A stretch of 64,000 bases of DNA from Eledone cirrhosa (taxonomy: Eukaryota). The translations under genes were made by a program, and so were the position numbers. Below, one piece after another: positions 55,483-64,000 of this stretch (position 1 is its first letter; each line of letters begins with the position of its first letter). The notes beneath the pieces are model-generated. The model was not told the DNA's origin. It saw nothing but the letters and a program-made list of their open reading frames with translations, and did no database searches. The stretch covers positions 30,318,001 to 30,382,000 of the forward strand of contig OZ024754.1 in NCBI GenBank assembly GCA_964016885.1. The letters run 5' to 3'.

Positions 55483-55553
55483 TGTTTTATCTGATGAAAA
55501 CACAAATATTATTGTTTGATGATGTTTGTTTTTGAAATGCGCATAATAAAATA
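55483..55553 (+). ncRNA. Type I hammerhead in the Penelope-like pseudo-LTR (mirror copy 53897-53967, minus strand)
   Basis: TGTTTTAT-CTGATGA-long stem II-GAAA-TGCGCA-TA-ATAAAATA; palindromic stem III ATGCGCAT. Confidence 0.85.
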
Positions 55554-55583
55554 TATGGAACTCCTTTAACCATCTTTTGATCT

Positions 55584-55622
<39 letters not shown>

Positions 55623-55769
55623 GGTGTCTGTGATCTATATACATTGGTCATAGACACACACACATATATACACACACACTCACATATATATATATATACA
55701 CAACAACACTATCCTTCTTTGTCTCCTCTCCTTCACTCTATGTCTCTCTTTCAATCTACTCTCTCACAA

Positions 55770-55843
<74 letters not shown>

Positions 55844-56319
55844 TCTCTCTGTTTATGAAGGTACCCTGAAAACCCCACATCTCGTGAACCTGTGCTCCAA
55901 TTTACACGAAACTTGTTTTATTCCATTTGTATTCGCATTTCAGGGTCAACTTTCTTTCAAAGTACTTTATGCACCCTTTTCGCTGTATTACATTACAGAC
56001 AAGCAAGCAAGCACGAAAGCAATCACAGTTTTAGTAATATATAGATAGATATATAGATACATATAGATAGATACTTAGATATCCATGAGCACACACACAC
56101 ACAGACACACTCATATATATAAATATATATACTTCCTTAATTTCATTACTGTTATAAATAACTAACTACTGTATGTTGGTTGGGGGAATTCTATGACAAA
56201 TCCTCACTGTTAAAAAAGAATGGAGTCATAGGGGTGGGGAGGGTGGGGTAACTAAGGTCAAATACCACAGTCACCCCACACTCTCTCACTACGTCACACA
56301 CACGTACACTTCTTTTTCT

Positions 56320-56800
56320 CCTTCTCCTTCTTCTTCTTCGGCCACTCATTCGTGAGAGAGTCGCGGGGGCAGTGTCCTGAAACACTCACTCCAAGCAGGT
56401 CCTGTCAGAAGTAAGTGTCTCCAACAGATCCGGCTGGTTCCCCAAGCGAGACCAGCCAAGCTCATGGATGTTATCCGAACATCTAGCTCGGGGTCTACTC
56501 CCTGGGTCTCCTGCCGGTTGGTTTTGCCTGTAAAATCTGTCCAACGATTATTTCCTAAGACATTCTAACCACATGCCCATTGTATCGGACCTGTGATCTC
56601 TCAATTCAGAGAAGTACCAGCTTTACCTGGAGTAATTCTCTGCTCTCCGAGCTATGCACTGTATCGAGTAACGATACTCCAAAGACCCTTTGGAGGAACT
56701 CCATTTTGTCTGCTTGTATTTGCGATCATATTTTTTCGATCATATTTTTTCGGTCAAGATTCATGACCATAGGTAAGGGTTGGTATAAATATTGAACTGA
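56320..56800 (-). mobile_element. RTE LINE 3' fragment (third family)
   Basis: Reverse-complement homology to 34700-34962; (GAA)n tail. Confidence 0.8.
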
Positions 56801-57373
56801 AGATACACACATTCAGGAATATTTACCACGGAGAAATACCACTGCTAGTTGGTAGAGGGCGTTGTATGATATATATATATATATGTGTGCGTGTGAGTAT
56901 GTATATGTGTGTGTTGTGTGTGTATATGTGAACGTATATGTGTGTGTGTATGTGTATGTGAATGTATATATGTGTGTGTATGTGAACATATATGTGTGCG
57001 CGTGTGAACAGATATATTGTATGTGCTTGTATATGTGAATGTATATACGTGTGTGTGTGTGTGTGTGCATGTGTATATGTGAATGTATGATATATATATG
57101 TGCGTGTGTCTGTGTGTGTGTATGTGTGAACATATATATAAGTGTGTGTGCGTGTGTATATGTGACTATATATATATATGTGTGTGTGCGTAAGTGTATA
57201 TGTGTGTGTGAGTGAGTGTGTGATGATGATGATAATGATGATGATGGAGATGATGATAATGAAGATATATACATCCAAAATTGAGCTTTTCATATATATG
57301 TATATATATATATAGTAATGGTTGCATTCTTTAAGGGTATGTCAATATTTATTTATAAAACTGATCTATATTA

Positions 57374-57438
57374 TATTTTATCTGATGAAAGCACACCATA
57401 ATTTAACTTGGTGTCCTTGAAATATGTATAATGAAATA
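57374..57438 (+). ncRNA. Type I hammerhead in a solo pseudo-LTR-like fragment (57315-57480)
   Basis: TATTTTAT-CTGATGA-AAGcACACCA..TGGTGTcCTT-GAAA-TATGTA-TA-ATGAAATA; resembles the 55483 HHR and its context. Confidence 0.75.
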
Positions 57439-57771
57439 AATATGGTTTTTTATATATAGTTTCCATTTGTTAATATCGTATATATATATATATATATATA
57501 GTTGTTATATAGTAAGGTGCAATATTGGTTGTGTAAAAAGGTCCAATAACTTTATGTTAGCAATATTAAGTTCTCAACGCTTTTGTATATCTCCAATTCC
57601 ATTCGAGGTAACAGCTAGATGATTTAAAACGGAGTATAAGCATCAAAATGAAAATCCGAAGTATCAAAATGAAAATCAATTGATCGTGGCTTCACAATCG
57701 ATCTATCTCTTATTGAAACATGTGTCCTGATTAAATGATTGGAATTTTACCTTGACTTCGGATTTTCATTT

Positions 57772-57800
<29 letters not shown>

Positions 57801-57807
<7 letters not shown>

Positions 57808-58456
57808 ATACTTGGGGAGGGTCATATTTGTGTAATATTGCCAGAATTAATAACAGAACACACTCACTGTTTGGTTGGTTTTCGCTTCTCGCTTCTGTGT
57901 CTTTTATATCGGTAATCTAACTTACTCGGTCCTCAATGTTGCCATTGACTGACCGACGGTCAAAAATAATACAGATACAATATAGACACAAACACATATA
58001 TATAGTTTATCATAAATCTTTCGTTGGACATTTGCAACATCGTCAGTGGTGCTATATTTTCCTCCTGTTGTATTGTATGTCTACGCTATTTTTATTCTTA
58101 TTTTTATATAGACAGACTGAATAAAAATGGCCTAGACATACAATACAACAGGAGGAAAATATAGCACCACTGACGATGTTGCAGATGTGCAACGAAAGAT
58201 TTATGATAAACTATATATATGTGTTTGTGTCTATATTGTATCTGTATTATTTTTGACCGCCGGTCAGTCAGTGGCAACATTGAGGACCGAGTAAGTTAGA
58301 TTACCGATATAAAAGACACAGAAGCGAGAAGCGAAAACCAACCAAACAGTGAGTGTGTTCTGTTATTAATTCTGGCAATATTACACAAATATGACCCTCC
58401 CCAAGTATAACAATATTTGTTTCGACACACGATTTCATACAAAAAACCTCACAAAA

Positions 58457-58460
<4 letters not shown>
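57801..58460. mobile_element. Foldback element with ~290-bp arms and a hammerhead-like core, in (TA)n
   Basis: 57801-58097 is the reverse complement of 58119-58415. CTGACGA-tGTTGCA gatg TGCAAC-GAAA at 58170-58197. Another copy lies at 63700-64000. Confidence 0.85.
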
Positions 58461-58531
<71 letters not shown>

Positions 58532-59099
58532 GAGAGACGTTGTCTTACTTAAAACATTAATTCGTTTCAGTTTTTAGCACCTGATAAAGTTTATCAAACA
58601 GGAACTACAGACTAACAAGTTTACATCTATTATTATCAAAACACTCACTGATTGGACAGTAGGTGTTTATTTACCTCTTTTGTTAGCATTCATAGATGTG
58701 TCTGTGTGTATTTGTATGTATGTGAGTGTATGTGTGTGTGTGTGTGAGTGTATGTGTATGTCTGTGTGTGTATGTGTGTATGTGTGTATGTGTGTATGTG
58801 TGTATGTATGTATGTGTATGTGTGTATGTGTACATGCATGTATGTGTGTATACATGCAAGTATGTTTGTGTGTGTGTGTAAGTATGTATATATACATGTA
58901 AGTATGTTTGTGTATGTGTGTATGTGTGTATATGTGTATGTATGTATGTATTTATGTATGTATACATGCAAGTATGTTTGTGTGTATGTGTGTGTGTGTA
59001 TGTATGTATATATACATGCAAGTATGTTTGTGTATGTGTGTATATATAATAATAATGATAATAATGAAAATATTGTGTACAGTGCTCAGGTGCACTACA

Positions 59100-59613
59100 A
59101 CTCATCAAAGGTGTATGTATAGTACATAGGGTAATGTACAAACGTCAAGAAAGTGAACAGTGCATGAGTCATGATATACACGTGTGCATGTGTATGGAAG
59201 GGGTACATCAGGTGTAGTGTTGGCGAATTTCGGGAAGCTTGAGGGTTTTAAAGGATGCAGTGTCTCGGCAGCTAACAACTGACGCAGGCAGTTTGTTCCA
59301 TGCTTCAGCAACTCTAAGCATGAAAAAATGTCTCCAAAAGTCATGGGATGTGCTGTTTTCTGATTTTGTAGGCATGTCCGCGTGTGTTAGACACATGGAG
59401 ATCAAAGGTGCCCAGGGTTGTTGTTAGCGAGATGGTTAATAACTTTGTGGGTGTTTACCAAGTCCATTGCCAGACGTCGGAGCTTCAATGAATCCATGCC
59501 CAGGGAAGCAATGCATTCAGAGTATGGTAGGTGTCTGATGGAGGGTATGCGCTTGGTTGTACGTCTCTGAACAGTTTCCAGGAGATCAATGTTCTGAGCA
59601 AGATAGAGGTTCC
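59100..59613 (-). mobile_element. CR1/L2-type LINE 3' fragment
   Basis: Translates as IDLLETVQRRTTKRIP...LKLRRLAMDL and RVAEAWNKLPASVV. Confidence 0.85.
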
Positions 59614-59709
59614 ATGTATGTATGTATTTATGTATGTATACATGGAAGTATGTTTGTGTGTATGTGTGTGTGCATGTATGTACGTATGTGTGTATGTATG
59701 AATGTATGT

Positions 59710-60715
59710 AGGAGAAGGAAAACTCTGATATAACACCTGCAACTCTGATGGTATCCAATGATGTTGACTTGTTATTCTTTTTGGTAAATATCATCTTGGT
59801 TAAGAGAGTGGGACTGGCTTTGTGCAGTGCTTTTGCTCACTATAAAAGCTTCACGGCACAGGCATTGCTTTATATCTGGAGATCTCTCTGCACTTGTGTC
59901 AATAATTGTCACAAGTATAGTGTTTGTACCAGAGTTTTCAAGTCGCTGGCTGGACTAAAAAGTCACACTCATTCAGTGCATTGGTAGGGGTTCTCCTACA
60001 TGGATATAGAGTAGTGGCCGTACTCAAAAACGAGTTGGCAGCCACCATGTATGCATGTATGTATGTCAGGTCACCAGTTGGTGCTACTGGTAACATGTAT
60101 CCCAGTACAACCTGTCCCATGGTTGGGTCGTTGGCGACTAAAATGGCAACCCCACCAAGGTTTCTTGGTGAGGGGGGTGACTTTGGACATCCTGCAGGAC
60201 TAAAAACAAAACCTGTCAAAGGGCAAAGGAGCTCTTAAGAGTCAATGGCCATCCAAAATCACCGGGAGAGATGACCCCTTAGCCTTTGTCAAGGCAGAAT
60301 TCTAGGAGAAGGAAAACTCTGATATAATACCTGCAACCCTGATGGTATCCAATGATGTTGACTTGTTCTTCTTTTTGGTAAATATCATCTTGGTTAAGAG
60401 AGTGGGACTGGCTTTGTGCAGTGCCTTTGCTCACTATAAAAGCTTCATGGCACAGGCATTGCTTTATATCTGGAGATCTCTCTGCACTTGTCGCCACATG
60501 GTACCATGGGCTCAGCACTATGTGTCAATAATTGTCACAAGTGTAGTGTTTGTACCAGAGTTTTCAAGTTGCTGGCTGGACTAAAAAGTCACACTCGTTC
60601 AGCACATCGGTAGGGGCTCTCCTACATGGATATAAAGTAGTGGCCGTACTCGAAAACGAGTTGGCAGCCACCATGTATGTATGTATGTATGTATGTATGT
60701 ATGTATGTATGTATG
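59710..60715 (+). mobile_element. Two tandem copies of the 610-bp family (truncated 59710-60047; full 60064-60673) with (ATGT)n tails
   Basis: Match each other and 31199-31807. Confidence 0.85.
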
Positions 60716-61260
60716 TCAAGGTCACGCTTGGATGAACAACTTTCACACAATATTAGTTTAGCAGAGCAGAATAATTTGAGGCCACGAAAGACAGAAAATT
60801 GTCAGAGAAAATCAAATGTCTATGTACTGCCACATCTACCCTCACCTCACCACACCTCTACACCTCTTCTACACCTCACAACACCTCTTGACCTCAGCAC
60901 ACCACACCACACCGCACCGCCTCACCACATCCCTTCTTCTGCACAATTGAAAACAAAGTAAATAAAGCATCAGATACAGACATGGCTGTGTTGTTAAGGA
61001 GTTCACCTTAGAGGCAACCAAATGGTTTCTGGTCCAGTCCCACTGTGTGGCACCTTAGGTTTCTGTCTTCTAATATAGCCCCAAGTTGACCAATGTCTCA
61101 AGAATGAAATTTGATAGACGGAAAACTGTGGAAGCCTGTTATATGCATATATATGTGTGTATGTGTGTGTACATATATATATACTCACACGCGCACACAT
61201 ATGTATGTATATATATATACATATATATGTTTGTGTGTGTTTATATATATATATATGTAT

Positions 61261-61292
<32 letters not shown>

Positions 61293-61317
61293 GTATGTAT
61301 ATATATGTATGTATTAT

Positions 61318-61680
61318 CGCTTTCTCTTAATTTCGAGTATATTTTTTTGGACCGGCCACCTTCCTGGTGGCAAGGTTGTAAAAGAAAAGAAATTGTCATC
61401 CCTTGAATCGCAAGAATGTTTGGCAAATTTTGAAGGTACCAGCTATCGCAGCCATTTGTAGACTTTTTGTAGACTATTTGTCCGCAAATCCAAGTTCAGG
61501 CATACTTTGGTCCAAGCGGGTTGGTATATAACCCGTAGCTCCAATAATGATGGGTATGAAGCTAAAGGTGTATCTTGGATACTGGATTTGTAAACTCCTC
61601 ATCAATGGTCCGTAGATGTCCTCCTTCTCTTGTATTTTTCTGACAACGTTTACATCAAGTGGGCAGCTGATCCCCACAAC
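61318..61680 (-). mobile_element. 3' fragment of an RLE-type non-LTR retrotransposon (R4/Dong or NeSL-like)
   Basis: [20 protein letters not shown]...[10 protein letters not shown] resembles the C-terminal restriction-like endonuclease region. Embedded in TA/TATG repeats. Confidence 0.7.
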
Positions 61681-61875
61681 ATGTATGTATGTATGTATGT
61701 ATGTATGTATGTATGTATGTATGTATATATATATATGTATGTATGTATATGTATGTATGTATGTATATATATATGTATGTGTATATATATATATATAAGT
61801 ATATCTATGTATGTATATATATATATATATGTATGTATATATATATGTATGTATATATATATGTATATATGTATG

Positions 61876-61944
<69 letters not shown>

Positions 61945-61948
<4 letters not shown>

Positions 61949-63617
61949 CATCATCATCATCATCATCAACGTTTAACGTCCGTGTTCCACGCTTGCATGG
62001 GTTTGGACGGGGGTAGTCCCACTTGAGGCAAGCTCGCATAGGACTGTCTGGCAGGTTTTCTACAGTTGGATGCCCTTCCTAACACCAACCACATTTACAG
62101 TGTGGGTCTGGGAGGTTTTTACCGTGTTGCCTACACGGCCACATTACAGCGTGGACTGTGTGTTTTTTTGTCGTGACACCTACACGATCTCATTTGTTTC
62201 GGCCTGGATGGCACGGCACCAACATAACTTTACATAGAACGGGGTGGTGTGGATGGGGTGGGGGTGGTGGCGGGACGGGGTGTATTTTGTTAGAGATGCC
62301 TACTGGCAAGGCGGGTCTTCTCTGTTACTGAGTACCGCCAAAGGTCTCGGTCCAGTGACATTGTCTTGGAGAGGTGTAAGTGTGTGAGGTCGGAGTTTAT
62401 CAGCTCATCCCATGTTTTTCTAGGTCTGCCTATTCCGTGGCTACCGTCTATCTTTATTGCCCTGCACTTTGTTATACAGCTATCGACTTTCATGCGCATC
62501 ACGTGTCCATACCAACGCAGCCTTCTCTCGAGTAAACAACATCTGATCCCTCTTATCTCTAATTTTTTCCTTAGTTCGTTTATGCTTTGCCGTTCACGTA
62601 TATTACTGTTACACATCCAGCGGAGCATGCAAGCTTCGTTCCTCTCTAGTCTGCGTATATCCTCTGCACACAATGCCCAGGTCTCACTGCCATGCAACAT
62701 TGCTGTTCGTATGCAGGCATCGTACAACCTGCCTTTCTTTTTTAGGGAGAACCCTTTAGCAGCTAATAGTGGTATAAGCTCTCTGAACTTTTTCCAACCA
62801 GTTCTGACTCTAGCTACAGTACTTTCAGAGCACCCTCCCCCACTGCTGATTTTATCGCCCAGGTAACGGAAGCTGTCCACTATTTCTATAGAACCCTCTG
62901 CGCAATTGAAAGAGCTAGTATTTTGTGGGCACTTGCTGCTACTTATTGCACCAGAACACCGGCCACATGTAAAATCTATGTTCTTAGTTAGCTTACCTGT
63001 GATCCCACTACATCTTTTATGCACCCATACTTTGCATTTAGGACATAAAATGGAGTTTCTACCTACGCCTTTCCTACACACCGAGCACGACCATTTCCCA
63101 GAAGGGACCGCCGCCTTGTTTTCTTTCCTACAAACTAGAACTTCGGTCTTAGCCAGGTTAATTTTAAGTCCTTTTGACTCTAGGCCGTGCTTCCATGTTT
63201 GGAATTTCTTCTCTAGCTCGGCCATTGATTCCGCTATGAGTGTCAGGTCGTCTGCGTATAGGAGTTCCCATGGGCAGCCTGTCTTGAACTCCTCTGTTAT
63301 AGCCTGAAGGGCAATAATAAATAGTAGGGGGCTGAGAACAGAGCCCTGATGGACGCCAACTTTTACGCTAAACTCTTCACTATATTCGTTGTTAATTCTA
63401 ACCTTGCTGACTGTTTCTTTATACATGGCTTGTATAGCTCTCACAAGCCATTCGTCAACGCCTAGTTTTCTAAGAGCCCACCAGATAATGGAGCGGGGGA
63501 CTCTGTCGAAGGCTTTCTCCAGGTCGACAAAAGCTAAGTAGAGGGGTCTACCTTTAGCTAGGTACTTCTCCTGTAGTTGTCGTACTATGAAAAGGGCGTC
63601 TGTGGTGCTTTTGCCTG
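61945..63617 (-). mobile_element. 5'-truncated RTE subfamily 1 copy
   Basis: ORF 62290-63444 closely matches the C-terminal half of 28359-30656 and retains YADD; (GAT)n tail. Confidence 0.95.
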
Positions 63618-63699
63618 ATATATATATATATATATATATGTATGTATATATATATGTATGTATATATATATATGTATATATATATATATGTATGTATAT

Positions 63700-64000
63700 A
63701 TATTGTTATATTTGGAGAGGGTCATATTTGCGTAATATTGCCAGAATTAATAACAGAACACACTCACTGTTTGGTTGGTTTTCGCTTCTCGCTGTCTTTT
63801 ATATATATATATCTGCGATCTAACTTACTCGGTCCTCAATGTTGCCATTGACTGACCGGCGGTCAAAAATAATACAGATACAATATAGACAAACACATAT
63901 ATATGTAGTTTACATAATTTACATAAATCTTTCGTTGCACATCTGCAACATCGTCAGTGGTGTTATATTCATTGTTCCTCCTGTTGTGTTGTATGTCTAC
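63700..64000 (-). mobile_element. Second copy of the 57801 hammerhead-like foldback family, cut by window end
   Basis: Matches 57801-58083; core TTTCGTTGCACATCTGCAACATCGTCAG at ~63930-63957. Confidence 0.85.

Larger units (their letters stand above)
53770..55590 (+). mobile_element. 5'-truncated Penelope-like element with inverted pseudo-LTR
   Basis: GIY-YIG ORF, 170-bp inverted arms (53860-54029 and 55421-55590) each containing an HHR, and (TA)n flanks. Confidence 0.9.
52330..56047 (+). mobile_element. Two tandem copies of a Helentron-like non-autonomous element (52330-53550; 53551-56047, interrupted)
   Basis: Shared CTAG..CC.TGACC..CG.GGACAC start, shared body with (CT)n, and an AGTAATA(TATAGAT) end. 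The class assignment is an inference. Confidence 0.6.

Noticed and set aside
58610-58615. HHR-like CTGATAA...GGAACTACAG starting near 58581
   Set aside because: Both core boxes are mutated; not supportable.
60064-60155. HDV-like or twister ribozyme at the element's 5' end
   Set aside because: Could not assign P1/P1.1 or the twister consensus by eye.

Overview
Eukaryotic, AT-rich DNA that is almost entirely repetitive. The repeat families suggest a coleoid cephalopod such as Octopus (inference only). No intact host gene is evident; two phase-compatible minus-strand exon candidates are the only hint. The window holds a 10.4-kb 37-bp satellite, other minisatellites, RTE LINEs, CR1/L2 and RLE-type LINE fragments, tRNA-derived SINEs, a deleted mariner, and piggyBac-like and Helentron-like non-autonomous elements. 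The main signal is a set of hammerhead-ribozyme (HHR) elements inserted in (TA)n tracts. They share a foldback layout in which an inverted 5'-truncated copy leaves both 3' ends facing outward. The set includes: a 4.1-kb array of apparently identical 465-bp units carrying 9 minimal type I HHRs, with a central inversion (41291-45380); a diverged ~440-bp relative (38040-38900); a Penelope-like GIY-YIG element with HHRs in 170-bp inverted repeats (53770-55590); and several smaller HHR foldbacks. Together they look like a retrozyme system mobilised by Penelope-like elements and targeting TA microsatellites.
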